Shown piece by piece: positions 36,185-45,933 of a DNA stretch of 54,260 bases; the first letter of the stretch is position 1, and each line of letters starts with the position of its first letter. The DNA comes from Lysobacterales bacterium (lineage in GTDB: Bacteria; Pseudomonadota; Gammaproteobacteria; Xanthomonadales; SZUA-36), in contig JABDPJ010000197.1 in NCBI GenBank assembly GCA_013042835.1, forward strand, positions 1 through 54,260, given 5' to 3'. The notes under the pieces were generated by a model. The model did not search any database and had not been told where the DNA came from. It saw only the letters and a program-made list of their open reading frames with translations. The position numbers and the translations under genes were made by a program.

Positions 36185-37636
36185 ATGAACACGACGCATG
36201 ATTACACGCGCAAAATCCTTGCTGCTTTCGCACAGATCAGCCAGATCCCGAGACCCTCAAAAAGAGAAGACAAGATCGTCGCATGGCTATTGAACTGGGC
36301 CGCGGAGAACGGACTGGATGCGCGCACCGACGAGGCCAGCAACGTACTGATCGAAGTACCGGCCTCCAGTGGCTTTGAAAATGCAGAAACGCTGGTGTTA
36401 CAGGGTCACATGGACATGGTCTGCGAAAAGGCCAAAGGTCACGAGCATGATTTTGACCAGGACCCGATTGAGCTCATTTTCACCGACGACGGCTGGCTGA
36501 CTGCCAACCAGACCACTCTCGGGGCAGATAACGGCATTGCCATCGCCATGGCCATGGTGGCCGCCACGGATCATGAGGTCGGCCACCCGCACCTGGAACT
36601 TTTGTTCACCACCGACGAGGAGACCGGCCTGACGGGCGCCTCGTCACTGCAACCCGGTTTCCTCAAGGGCAAACAACTACTGAATATTGATTCCGAGGAC
36701 GAAGGCGTATTCACCGTCGGTTGCGCAGGTGGAGAAGATGCGCGCATGGTGCTGCCCTTCACAGCGGATGAAGAACTGCCCGGCTACGAAGCCTTCAAGC
36801 TGGTGGGCGGCGGCATGTCGGGTGGACATTCGGGCGTCGATATCGGTGAGCAGCGGGCCAATGCCATCAAGCTGCTGTTCAGGGGCATCCACGTGCTCAC
36901 CCAAAAGAGCGATGTGCGCATTGCTACCGTCAGCGGCGGTACTGCGCGCAATGCCATTCCGCGCGATGCAGAGGCTATCCTGATGATACCCTCCAGCGAC
37001 ACCGGCACAGCCGTTGCAGTCATCGCTGAACTCGAAAAGAAACTGCAATCCGAACACGCCGGGACCGACCCGAACCTCAGCATGACCCTGGCGCCGGACA
37101 ACGGTGGCTTCAAGGCCGCCAGCGCTGCGTCCACGCGCCGCGCTATCGATACGGTCTTCGCCTACCCCCACGGTGTCGCGGCGATGTCAAATGACATGGA
37201 AGGACTGGTTGAAACCTCCAATAACCTTGCCACTATCAGCGTGGAAAACAACAAGCTGACCATTATTTCCAACCAGCGCAGTTCCAATATGGACAGCCTG
37301 GCCCTGCTCTGTGACCGCGTGATGGCGGTGGCCCGCCTGGCGGGTGCACAAGGCAGCACCAGCGGCGGCTACCCTTCCTGGAAACCCAATATGGAGTCCG
37401 CATTACTGGCGCGCTGCCTGGAAGTTTATGCAAAGCGCTTTGGCAAAAAACCGGTCGTGGAAGCGATCCATGCGGGTTTGGAGTGCGGCATTATCGGCGC
37501 CAAGTATGACGGTATGGACATGATCTCTTTCGGGCCGACCATCAAGAATCCCCACTCGCCCGATGAGAAGATTGAAATCGAGTCCATCGGCAAGGTATGG
37601 GATTTCATGGTGGCCTTGTTCGAGTCTTACAAATAG
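36185..37636 (+). CDS. pepD: Aminoacyl-histidine (Xaa-His) dipeptidase, M20C family
   Basis: The N-terminus ILAAFAQISQIPRPSKRE parallels E. coli PepD. The metal-site motifs are LQGHMDMV and FTTDEETGLTGA. About 483 aa from ATG 36185. Confidence 0.85.
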   Translation: MNTTHDYTRKILAAFAQISQIPRPSKREDKIVAWLLNWAAENGLDARTDEASNVLIEVPASSGFENAETLVLQGHMDMVCEKAKGHEHDFDQDPIELIFTDDGWLTANQTTLGADNGIAIAMAMVAATDHEVGHPHLELLFTTDEETGLTGASSLQPGFLKGKQLLNIDSEDEGVFTVGCAGGEDARMVLPFTADEELPGYEAFKLVGGGMSGGHSGVDIGEQRANAIKLLFRGIHVLTQKSDVRIATVSGGTARNAIPRDAEAILMIPSSDTGTAVAVIAELEKKLQSEHAGTDPNLSMTLAPDNGGFKAASAASTRRAIDTVFAYPHGVAAMSNDMEGLVETSNNLATISVENNKLTIISNQRSSNMDSLALLCDRVMAVARLAGAQGSTSGGYPSWKPNMESALLARCLEVYAKRFGKKPVVEAIHAGLECGIIGAKYDGMDMISFGPTIKNPHSPDEKIEIESIGKVWDFMVALFESYK

Positions 37637-37688
37637 TCCGACGAACAGAATTCATCAGGATTTGATCTGGTGGTGGTGTTCATTGAAC

Positions 37689-37710
37689 GCGACCGGCCGT
37701 TGCCGGTCGC
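37689..37710. terminator. Bidirectional intrinsic-terminator-like hairpin between convergent pepD and the TonB-dependent receptor gene
   Basis: Perfect 9-bp GC-rich stem GCGACCGGC-cgtt-GCCGGTCGC (37689-37697 / 37702-37710), flanked by T-containing tails on both strands (AGTTTCAA / GTTCAATG). Confidence 0.55.
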
Positions 37711-37726
37711 AGTTTCAATCGCCGAA

Positions 37727-40162
37727 TCAGAACCTCTGGCTGAAACGAATACCAAACGACCGCGGTCGGTTGGTGATGGTCGTCCACTTATGCCCTGGCG
37801 GACGTTGCAGGTTTGGTAGCCCACCGTATCCGGGATCCTCGATATCAATTTCCGCCCGTTCGTCAAACAGGTTATTGATGTAAAAACTGAGCGTCCAGTT
37901 ATCTTTGTTGATACCTGTCGACAAGTTCACCAGCGTGTAATCATCCATTTTTTGCCGGGCTGGTACATTCAGCGTATCAAGGTCATTCCAGCGTGCGCCG
38001 GTGTAAGAGACGGCGGCCTGGAAAAATGCCGGCAAGGCACCGACTTCGAAATTACTGCGCCAGATTCCGGACAATTGCCACTTCGGCACGTAGGGCATGG
38101 GCGTGCCGGCCGGTGCGTTGGCTGGTTCACCTGCGTCCTCCAGGTCCTGCGTACGCCAGAAATCGGTCTGCAGCTCAGAATCGTTATAGGTTCCTGAGAA
38201 GGACAACGTATTGTTATCGTTCATGGCCCAGGCCAGTTCCCACTCGATACCCTTGGTCCTTGAATTACCGACATTCTGAACGATGGTCAGGTTTGATACG
38301 GCAAAATCAAGGAACCCAAACTGGAAATCATCCCAATCGAGCAGGTACACAGCACCGTTGAATCGCACGGCACCATCGGCGAGGGTGGTCTTCCAGCCGA
38401 TTTCATAGTTGGTGACGAAATCCGGGCCGTACTTGGGAATACCTTCAACGCGCGCCCGGTTAACACCACCGGCGCGAAAACCCTCGGACCAGGTGAAATA
38501 AACCATCTTGTCGTTGTCAATGCGGTATTCGAGATTAGCCTTGAAGGCCCAGTCATTGCCTTTGGCCACATCATCGAGTACGCGTGTATCAAAACAGGGG
38601 TACTGAACCTCGCCACCTTCGTCGGCGGGAATCTCTACAAATTCACCGTCAATGTATTGCCCGGTGCAATGGCGCAGAAAACCGTTAAAACCATACAGGG
38701 AATTTTCGTATTCAAAGTAACGTGCTCCGAAGGTACCGGAGAATTTTTCAGTGAAATCGTAAGTTATCTCTCCGAAAAGTGCCGTGTCCCGGTCCTCGCG
38801 GACCTGCTTCGTCTGCCAGACAACATTACCGCCCTCAACAACCGAAGTAGCGACAGCCGAGTCCGGAACGGTGTACTGCAGGTCAAAATCATGTTTCTGT
38901 TTTTGATAAAACAGGCCGCCTACCCACCTGAACCGGCGGTCGGCGGAAGACTGGAAGCGTACTTCATGGCTTTGACGGGTAAAGTCATTCTGAGCATCTA
39001 CGTATTGTGTCCCGATCGCGCAATCGCCAACATCGTTGTAATACACGCAATAACCGGGCGCGTCATAATATTCGGGGTTGGTCAGGTAGTAGGCCCAGTA
39101 TTCCGTGTAATCACTGTAGTCATACTGATAGTTCTGTTCCCTGTCCAGGTAAGCACCCGCATAGACCATGTCGATGTCGCCGATACTGCCGTCGAGGGTC
39201 AAAGAGGCCTGGTACCAGTCGTCACTGCCGTCTGCCGGCCAAAGCCTGCCGGTTTCGAGGTCACCAAAAAATTCCGGATTATGCTCCCAGTAGCCCTCTG
39301 TATCAGCTTTCTGGTACATCAGGCCCGGTGTGACGGACCAATTCTCATTGAGGTCGACTTTCAACAAGGCCCGAAAGCCGGTCTTGGACACTTCATTGGC
39401 GTCTTCACGGGCGAAATCGGAGTTGTCAACCAGATGTGGTTGCGGTCCTGGGAAATACATCGTGGTGGGGACCTGGTCGATATAACCCCCCGTTTGCTGG
39501 TGCCAGGCCACGAGCCTGGCGGCTGCAGAGTCACCTATCGGGAAATTCCAGAATCCATTCAGGTCATAACCGATATCGCCGCTTTTGACCGAATTGACCT
39601 CGAGGTCATAGCCACCTTCGGAAACACCGATCTCCGGTTTGTTGGTAATGATGCGGATGGTGCCGGACTGGCTGCCCTGGCCGTAAAGCGTGCCCTGTGG
39701 ACCGGCAAGTGTTTCAACCCGCGCGATGTCGTACATGTAAATGTCGAGAACCTGGTTGATCGTCGTGACCGGTTGTTCGTCGAGGTAGTAACCGACACTC
39801 GGCATCGAAGCAGAGTGGTTGCCGTCACCGCCACTGGCTATGCCGCGCATGTAGACCTGGCCAAAGCCGGGACCACCGGGACCACCCTGTGACGTAAAGG
39901 AAACGGTCGGCAGGAAATTGATGAAATCCTCGAATGATCTGACGTAGAGATTTTCCAACTGTTCGTTACCCAGCACCTGGATAGAAACGGCCACATCCTG
40001 CAGGTTCTGTTCACGCTTCTGGGCCGTGACGATCACCTCTTCAAGCAGAGCTGAATCACTGTCCTGAGCGTATGCCGGAACGACGACGGTTGCGACGACT
40101 ACCGAGCCGACGAGGGCCATTGAAATGGATTGACTTAACTGATTACGATGATGTTTTTTCAT
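37727..40162 (-). CDS. TonB-dependent outer-membrane receptor
   Basis: Signal peptide MKKHHRNQLSQSISMALVGSVVVATVVVPAYAQ, a plug-domain region (EEVIVTAQKREQNLQDV) and a beta-barrel ending in the terminal aromatic ...IRFSQRF. AGGAG lies 7 nt upstream of ATG 40162. Confidence 0.9.
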   Translation of the reverse strand: MKKHHRNQLSQSISMALVGSVVVATVVVPAYAQDSDSALLEEVIVTAQKREQNLQDVAVSIQVLGNEQLENLYVRSFEDFINFLPTVSFTSQGGPGGPGFGQVYMRGIASGGDGNHSASMPSVGYYLDEQPVTTINQVLDIYMYDIARVETLAGPQGTLYGQGSQSGTIRIITNKPEIGVSEGGYDLEVNSVKSGDIGYDLNGFWNFPIGDSAAARLVAWHQQTGGYIDQVPTTMYFPGPQPHLVDNSDFAREDANEVSKTGFRALLKVDLNENWSVTPGLMYQKADTEGYWEHNPEFFGDLETGRLWPADGSDDWYQASLTLDGSIGDIDMVYAGAYLDREQNYQYDYSDYTEYWAYYLTNPEYYDAPGYCVYYNDVGDCAIGTQYVDAQNDFTRQSHEVRFQSSADRRFRWVGGLFYQKQKHDFDLQYTVPDSAVATSVVEGGNVVWQTKQVREDRDTALFGEITYDFTEKFSGTFGARYFEYENSLYGFNGFLRHCTGQYIDGEFVEIPADEGGEVQYPCFDTRVLDDVAKGNDWAFKANLEYRIDNDKMVYFTWSEGFRAGGVNRARVEGIPKYGPDFVTNYEIGWKTTLADGAVRFNGAVYLLDWDDFQFGFLDFAVSNLTIVQNVGNSRTKGIEWELAWAMNDNNTLSFSGTYNDSELQTDFWRTQDLEDAGEPANAPAGTPMPYVPKWQLSGIWRSNFEVGALPAFFQAAVSYTGARWNDLDTLNVPARQKMDDYTLVNLSTGINKDNWTLSFYINNLFDERAEIDIEDPGYGGLPNLQRPPGHKWTTITNRPRSFGIRFSQRF

Positions 40163-40393
40163 TTGGAACTCCTGAACAGGATTTCTCGATTTAGTCGCCC
40201 CAAGTATCAAATTATTTTTTTTATGCTGTATTTCAGCTATTTATTTGACTTGTATATGAGGTCGACTCGGCTACCATAATTCTCCAATTTCTGCGGCAAG
40301 TCAAATCAGCAAGCAAAGTCCAGCTAGAAAATCGCGAGTTGATCAGGTCAATTTCAACACCAAATACGACATTCAGCCCGGTAAATATGGATA

Positions 40394-42418
40394 ATGTCTC
40401 CTATGTCCAAATCTCATGACAGCGCCAGGGGCGATCTTCAAACCGCTCTGAAAAACGCGACCGAACTGCTGACTCATGACGCGCGCCTCGCGCAGGAGCA
40501 GGCACTCGAAATCCTCAAGGTGTATCCGGACACAATGAAAGCAAGGAGGATACTGGCAGCCGCTTTGCGTCTTCAGAAATTGCCGGAAAAAGCACTGGAT
40601 ACGCTGAAGCCCATGCTTGCAGAATTTCGCGACTCACCGGATTTCCTGCATGAAATTGCCCAATGTTATGGTGCCGTAGGCCGCGGTGACGATGCTGTCC
40701 ATGCTCTGCGCAGGGCCACGGACCTGGATCCCGGACACGCCCTGGCGTGGCAAAGTCTCGGCCACCAACTCAAGGTAGCCGGTAATGAGGAGGGCAGCCG
40801 CCAGGCCTTTGAACAACATTTCAAGCTCTCTACCCAGCACCCCGAGTTGGTAGAAGCCGTCGAACTGTTGCGCGACGGAAAGTTGGGTAAAGCGGAACGC
40901 ATCGTCAGGGATCTTCTTAAGGAATATCCACTCGACGTCTCGGCAATGAGGGTGCTTGCTGACATAGGTTTGAAGATGGGCCAACTGAAGGACGCCTGTC
41001 ATCTGCTGGAGCGCTGCCTGGAACTGGCGCCGGACTTTCACGCCGCCAGGCACAGTTATGCGATGGTCCTGGTGCGTCAGCAAAAAGCGGAGGCCGCTCT
41101 CCGTGAAGCGGAGATTCTACTCGCGCAGGAACCCAATAATCCAAATTTTCTGACTCTCAAAGGCTCTATCCTGGTTCGCATTGGCGATCATGAGCAGGCG
41201 CTTGATATCTACGAGAGAGTGCTTGAAAACTACCCCAACCAGGCGCGCGCCCAGATGAGCTATGGCCATACGCTGAAAACCGTTGGGCGACTTGCGGAGT
41301 CGATTGAAGCTTACAGAAAATGTATCCGCCTGAGTCCCGAGGTTGGGGAAGCTTACTGGAGCCTGGCCAACCTTAAGACATTCAGCTTCGATGAAGAAGA
41401 CATCGAACATATGCGTGACCAGGTCACGGCCGAGGGCGGTGATGCCGATGACCAGGCACACCTCGCATTCGCCCTCGGCAAAGCCCTTGAGGACCGCGGT
41501 GAATATGACGAGTCTTTCAAATTTTACCGGCGTGGCAATGCGATTCGGCGGATCGAGCACCGGCATAACCCAAAGGTCAATGTCCTTGAGGCAGTCCGCC
41601 AGGTCAGAACACTGGACAAGGGTTTTTTTGAGCAACGTGAAGGCTGGGGTTGTGATGCACCGGATCCGATATTTATCGTCGGGCTGCCACGCGCAGGCTC
41701 CACCTTGCTGGAACAAATACTGGCCAGCCATTCGAAGGTTGAAGGAACCTCTGAACTTCAGGATATTATTGCGATTTCTCGCGAAATAGCAGGCAAATGC
41801 CGTGAAAACCCATCAGGAAAATATCCGGAAAACCTCGTCCAGTTGACTGCTGAGAGATTTCGCGAACTGGGTGAAAGCTATTTGCGGACCACCCGTATCC
41901 AGCGGGGCGACAGTCCATTTTTTATCGACAAAATGCCAAACAATTTCCGCCACATCGGCTTAATCCACCTGATATTGCCGAACAGCAAAATCATCGACGC
42001 CAGGCGCCACCCGATGGGCTGTTGTTTCTCGGGTTTCAAACAATTGTTCGCCAATGGCCAGACATTCACCTATGACCTGCAGCATATTGGCAAGTATTAC
42101 AGGGATTATGTCAGGTTGATGGACCACTGGGACGCAGTTTTACCCGGCAGGGTTCACCGTGTTCAGTATGAAGAGATGGTGGCGGATACTGAAACACAGA
42201 TCCGCGCACTGCTCGACTACTGCGGGCTGGAATTTGAAGAGCAATGTCTCAGGTTTTATGAAACCGAGCGGGCCGTGCGGACACCAAGTTCAGAGCAGGT
42301 TCGCAAGCCCATTTACACAGACGCGATGGAACAATGGCGCAATTTTGAAGAGCATCTCGACCCGCTGAAAGATGCTCTTGGAGCAGAAGTCCGCCAGCGT
42401 TACTCTGTTGAACCTTAA
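40394..42418 (+). CDS. TPR-repeat protein fused to a PAPS-dependent sulfotransferase domain
   Basis: The N-terminal ~330 aa are TPR-like repeats (ALRRATDLDPGHALAWQSLG..., etc.). The C-terminal half has the 5'-PSB loop GLPRAGSTLLEQIL and a sulfotransferase-like core. Confidence 0.8.
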   Translation: MSPMSKSHDSARGDLQTALKNATELLTHDARLAQEQALEILKVYPDTMKARRILAAALRLQKLPEKALDTLKPMLAEFRDSPDFLHEIAQCYGAVGRGDDAVHALRRATDLDPGHALAWQSLGHQLKVAGNEEGSRQAFEQHFKLSTQHPELVEAVELLRDGKLGKAERIVRDLLKEYPLDVSAMRVLADIGLKMGQLKDACHLLERCLELAPDFHAARHSYAMVLVRQQKAEAALREAEILLAQEPNNPNFLTLKGSILVRIGDHEQALDIYERVLENYPNQARAQMSYGHTLKTVGRLAESIEAYRKCIRLSPEVGEAYWSLANLKTFSFDEEDIEHMRDQVTAEGGDADDQAHLAFALGKALEDRGEYDESFKFYRRGNAIRRIEHRHNPKVNVLEAVRQVRTLDKGFFEQREGWGCDAPDPIFIVGLPRAGSTLLEQILASHSKVEGTSELQDIIAISREIAGKCRENPSGKYPENLVQLTAERFRELGESYLRTTRIQRGDSPFFIDKMPNNFRHIGLIHLILPNSKIIDARRHPMGCCFSGFKQLFANGQTFTYDLQHIGKYYRDYVRLMDHWDAVLPGRVHRVQYEEMVADTETQIRALLDYCGLEFEEQCLRFYETERAVRTPSSEQVRKPIYTDAMEQWRNFEEHLDPLKDALGAEVRQRYSVEP

Positions 42419-42433
42419 GCCTGCCCCTCACTC

Positions 42434-42970
42434 TCACTCCATCAGAACAGGGGCATCCAGGTCCTCGTCCCAACCCTCTTCCGGTTTTGGAAATCGTTCC
42501 TGCCACTTTTTCAATAGGGCGACGTGTTCTTCCTCTTCCTCAACCATTTCAAGCGCCATCTTGACCACCGTCTCATCCTCGGCTGTCTCTGCGACATGGC
42601 GAAAAAACTCGACCGCACGCTGCTCTCCGTGCATTGCCAACTCGATGGCGTGCCATGGTTGCATCAGGTAATGCGCCTCTTCCATCAGGCCGCCTTCCGG
42701 GGATTCGCCGCCCTCCCATTCAAACTCCCAGGCCATCAGTGCAGGCAATTCCTTGCCTGCTGAGGCCTGTTTGACGTTATCGATGTGCAGGCCCTCGATC
42801 TTCGCCAGCTTGCGGAACAGGTCTGCAACCTCGTAGTTATGGTGTACTTCCATCTGGTCGGCAAGGTCATTGAACCGATCCACCGCTTCGGTCTCCAGCG
42901 CCAGCGAATAAGCCAGCAACTCGTCGGCGCTCCGGATGGACCGCAGCGGGTGTTTGCTTGTATCAGTCAT
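42434..42970 (-). CDS. Ferritin-like / rubrerythrin-type diiron-carboxylate protein
   Basis: 178 aa of helical repeats with ExxH-type pairs (ETEAVDRFNDL..., MVEEEEEHVALL). Its ATG overlaps the TGA of the oxidoreductase beta-subunit gene (ATGA). Confidence 0.6.
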   Translation of the reverse strand: MTDTSKHPLRSIRSADELLAYSLALETEAVDRFNDLADQMEVHHNYEVADLFRKLAKIEGLHIDNVKQASAGKELPALMAWEFEWEGGESPEGGLMEEAHYLMQPWHAIELAMHGEQRAVEFFRHVAETAEDETVVKMALEMVEEEEEHVALLKKWQERFPKPEEGWDEDLDAPVLME

Positions 42971-43812
42971 AGACGAAACTCCTCGTCAAGTGTCGCAATA
43001 TTGTCAATCTCTGATTTAAGTTTCGGCTGGTAGACCGGCCGGTCGCCAACATAAAGTATGCCGGTATACACACCCTCATCGGTCATCAGCAACCTGGCCG
43101 CCTCGGCCGGGTCGGGTGTTCGCTGCATGTCTTCGGGCGCCGGTATCAGGCTGCGCTTCCATTCCCTCTGCTCCGGACGAAACGTCACACAGGGGCTCAG
43201 TACCTGCACCATGGAAAAACCTGGATGCCTGATTGCCTCCATCAGGACCCTGGCCGTGCCATTGGAATCCGAACTGGAACAGCGCGCGATGAAATTGGCA
43301 CCCGATGCCAGCGCGATGGCCAACGGTTGAAAGGGATTGATGCCGGTCCCGCTGGGGGTCAGCTTGGCCCTTTCCCAGTTGGGCTCGGTGGTCGGTGAAG
43401 CCTGTCCCTTGGTCATGCCATAGACCTGGTTGTCCATGACGATATAGGTCAGGTCGGGGTTCCGCCTGCAGGTGTGCAGGAAATGATTGCCACCGATGGA
43501 GAAGCCGTCACCGTCACCACCGGTTGCGATCACTGTAAGGTCCGGTCGCGCCACCTTGAGGCCGGTAGCAACCGCCAACGCCCGGCCATGCACGCCGTGA
43601 AAACCATAAGTGCTCAAATAGGTCGGCATCCTCGAAGAACATCCGATGCCGGAAATAACCGCCGCATCCTCAGGCTGTATCTTCAGTCCGGCCAACGCCT
43701 TGGTCAGGGCGCCCAGCACGCCAAAATCGCCGCATCCCGGGCACCAGACCGGCTTGACGGCGGACTTGTATTCCTTGGGCTGCAGTTGCAGCGCTATCTT
43801 ATCGTTCGTCAT
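42967..43812 (-). CDS. 2-oxoacid:ferredoxin oxidoreductase beta (TPP-binding) subunit
   Basis: I trimmed ORF 42967..44043 to ATG 43812 (MTNDKIALQLQPKEYKSAVKPVWCPGCGDFGVL). The TPP/Mg motif is ATGGDGDGFSIGGNH. The start lies 1 nt after the alpha-subunit stop. Confidence 0.85.
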   Translation of the reverse strand: MTNDKIALQLQPKEYKSAVKPVWCPGCGDFGVLGALTKALAGLKIQPEDAAVISGIGCSSRMPTYLSTYGFHGVHGRALAVATGLKVARPDLTVIATGGDGDGFSIGGNHFLHTCRRNPDLTYIVMDNQVYGMTKGQASPTTEPNWERAKLTPSGTGINPFQPLAIALASGANFIARCSSSDSNGTARVLMEAIRHPGFSMVQVLSPCVTFRPEQREWKRSLIPAPEDMQRTPDPAEAARLLMTDEGVYTGILYVGDRPVYQPKLKSEIDNIATLDEEFRL

Positions 43813-43813
43813 T

Positions 43814-45538
43814 TCAATCCGCCTGACCCCAGTTGTGTAACTGTTCAATGATTTCATTTGGCCGGAATGGCAATGGCCCCGGCCGGTTGAACACCTTGAC
43901 CGCCGGATGCAAGTCGTAGGCTGAACGCAGGTAACGGTGGAACTGGCGCGAGTGGCTTTGCTCAACCACCAGCAGGCGTTTGACACCCGCGAGTGCGGCG
44001 GCCATATCCGCCGGCCGTTCCGGGGACAGCAGGCGCACTGCAATCAGGCGCACATTTTCACCGCGCTCGCGTAACCGCGACAGTGCTTCCCGCACCGGAC
44101 CGGTGGTTGCGCCCCAGGTGATGACGGCGGTTTCGCCGCTGCCCTCCAGGTCCGCCCAGTGTTGCCCAAACTCGAAAGCATGGATTTTGCGCTGCCTTTT
44201 CTCCAGTTGCGAATAATGATCCTCAGGCAGGCTTGACGGCGTCCCGGCCTGGTTGTGCTCCAATCCATCAGCAGTGTATTGTCCGCCAGCCTGACCGGGG
44301 ATCGACATCGGTGAAACGCCGGATTCACTGATTGCATAGCGTTGATATTCCCCGGCAAAAGTTTCCGGCACAACCCGTCTTGCCATGAAGCTGACATCCG
44401 CGGGACGTTCAACGATAGCTTTCGACTGGCCAAGCGACTGGTCCGATAAAACGATTGCAGCCGTCTGCAGGGATTCAGCGAGGTGGACGGACCACTGCGT
44501 CGTAAACAGGCAGTCGGTTACCGAGGTCGGCGCCAGCACGAGGTGCGGTGCATCGCCGTGTAAACCGTGCAATGCGATATCCAGATCGGACTGTTCGCTC
44601 TTGGTCGCAATGCCGGTGGACGGACCGCAACGCATCACGTCAATGATCACCACGGGGACCTCCGAGCAGACGGACAAGCCGATGGATTCGGTCATCAGGG
44701 CGAGTCCCGGACCCGAGGTCGCCGTCAGTGCCGGCGTACCGCCGAAAGAGGCGCCGATGATCTGGTTGACCGAGGCCAGTTCATCCTCGGCCTGGACCAA
44801 TACGCCGCCGACTTTCGGCAAGGTCCCTGCCAGCCATTCCAACAGTTCTGTCGCCGGCGTGATCGGATAACCGGCGACGAAACGGATACCACCGCGAACG
44901 GCGCCGAGCCCTGCCGCCTCGTTACCGGTCAGGCTCCAGCGGTCCGCGCTGATGTCGGTGTTCACAAGCGGGCCGTCCAGAACCGGCAATTCAGCGCCGG
45001 CCTCGTAACCTTCCTGAACGCAGTTCCAGCTGGACTCGAGGGCGTCCGCTCCCTTGGATTTCAATATCTTTTCAAGAATCTCCAACATCGGAGCCAGGGG
45101 CAGTCCGATAACTTTTGTGAGCGCGCCGAGAGCGATCATGTTGGGACGGCCCGCTTGCACCGTTTTCGCCAGCCCTTTCATGGGCAGATCAATGACACGG
45201 GCAGGCGTATCGGGAAGACTGTCACCCCTGCGCCCACCCTCGGCATCACTGATGATAAGGCTGTCCGACCGCAGCGGGATCTCCGCCAGGAAGCGGGCCA
45301 GGCTGCCCGGGTCGATGGCCAGCACGAGGTCAAAACTGTCGTCGTGTGACTCGATCGGCTCACTGGCGATCCGCAGCACCGCCGCAGCCTCACCACCCCT
45401 TATCTGGGGGCCGGCGGAACGGGCCATAAAGCCATACCAACCGGCCCTGCCCGCCGCTTCGAGCAGCAGGCTGCCGGTGGTCATGACACCTGACCCGCCA
45501 CTGCCTGTTAGCGCAATGGACAAACTCTGGAAACGCAT
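43814..45538 (-). CDS. 2-oxoacid:ferredoxin oxidoreductase alpha subunit (gamma+alpha fused type)
   Basis: About 574 aa with an N-terminal gamma-like domain (IALTGSGGSGVMTTGSLL) followed by the alpha domain (GYPITPATELLEWL). ATG 45538 is preceded by GAGG with 8-nt spacing. The ORF-track start at 45547 is a GTG. Confidence 0.85.
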   Translation of the reverse strand: MRFQSLSIALTGSGGSGVMTTGSLLLEAAGRAGWYGFMARSAGPQIRGGEAAAVLRIASEPIESHDDSFDLVLAIDPGSLARFLAEIPLRSDSLIISDAEGGRRGDSLPDTPARVIDLPMKGLAKTVQAGRPNMIALGALTKVIGLPLAPMLEILEKILKSKGADALESSWNCVQEGYEAGAELPVLDGPLVNTDISADRWSLTGNEAAGLGAVRGGIRFVAGYPITPATELLEWLAGTLPKVGGVLVQAEDELASVNQIIGASFGGTPALTATSGPGLALMTESIGLSVCSEVPVVIIDVMRCGPSTGIATKSEQSDLDIALHGLHGDAPHLVLAPTSVTDCLFTTQWSVHLAESLQTAAIVLSDQSLGQSKAIVERPADVSFMARRVVPETFAGEYQRYAISESGVSPMSIPGQAGGQYTADGLEHNQAGTPSSLPEDHYSQLEKRQRKIHAFEFGQHWADLEGSGETAVITWGATTGPVREALSRLRERGENVRLIAVRLLSPERPADMAAALAGVKRLLVVEQSHSRQFHRYLRSAYDLHPAVKVFNRPGPLPFRPNEIIEQLHNWGQAD

Positions 45539-45650
45539 TGGATGCACCTCGTAAAAATTGCAAAGATTTTACATTTATCTGATCTCGATCACGAACTTTT
45601 TATCACCAGCCATCACACTAACCAGCAGTTGACTGAAAGGAGCTGGAATT

Positions 45651-45857
45651 ATGAAATTTACACCATGCAACGGCGAATGCACCGATGAAGGTTTGTATTG
45701 CGAGGGCTGCGGCCGCAGCCACCAGGAGGTCGAAGCGATGCGCAGGCCGGTTGAAGAACTTGTCGCCCTGTTCAAAAATATGAACTATGAAAATCTCGAT
45801 GATTTCGCCAATGCCGTGGCCGGCAGCATCAAGTACAAAATGACCGAAGAACACTAA
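45651..45857 (+). CDS. Small Cys-rich protein (68 aa), DUF1289-like CxxxC...CxxC motif
   Basis: A strong RBS AAGGAG lies 8 nt upstream of the ATG. The N-terminal motif PCNGECTDEGLYCEGCGRSHQEV resembles the DUF1289 Fe-S/zinc-ribbon signature. Confidence 0.65.
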   Translation: MKFTPCNGECTDEGLYCEGCGRSHQEVEAMRRPVEELVALFKNMNYENLDDFANAVAGSIKYKMTEEH

Positions 45858-45862
45858 TCACT

Positions 45863-45891
45863 GACCGGCGGGCACGACAGGCCCGCCAGTC
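45863..45891. terminator. Hairpin between the convergent small Cys-rich gene and the BNR-repeat gene
   Basis: GACcGGCGGGC-acgacag-GCCCGCCaGTC has a 7-bp GC core (45867-45873 / 45881-45887) extendable by 3 bp across one mismatch. It is followed by CTGTTGAGTTT. Confidence 0.4.
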
Positions 45892-45933
45892 TGTTGAGTT
45901 TGGCAACCGCGCACAGCCACCACCGCGGCGTAT

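Noticed and set aside
38657-39892. 411-aa plus-strand ORF
   Set aside because: It is antisense to the TonB-dependent receptor gene and has no recognisable motifs.
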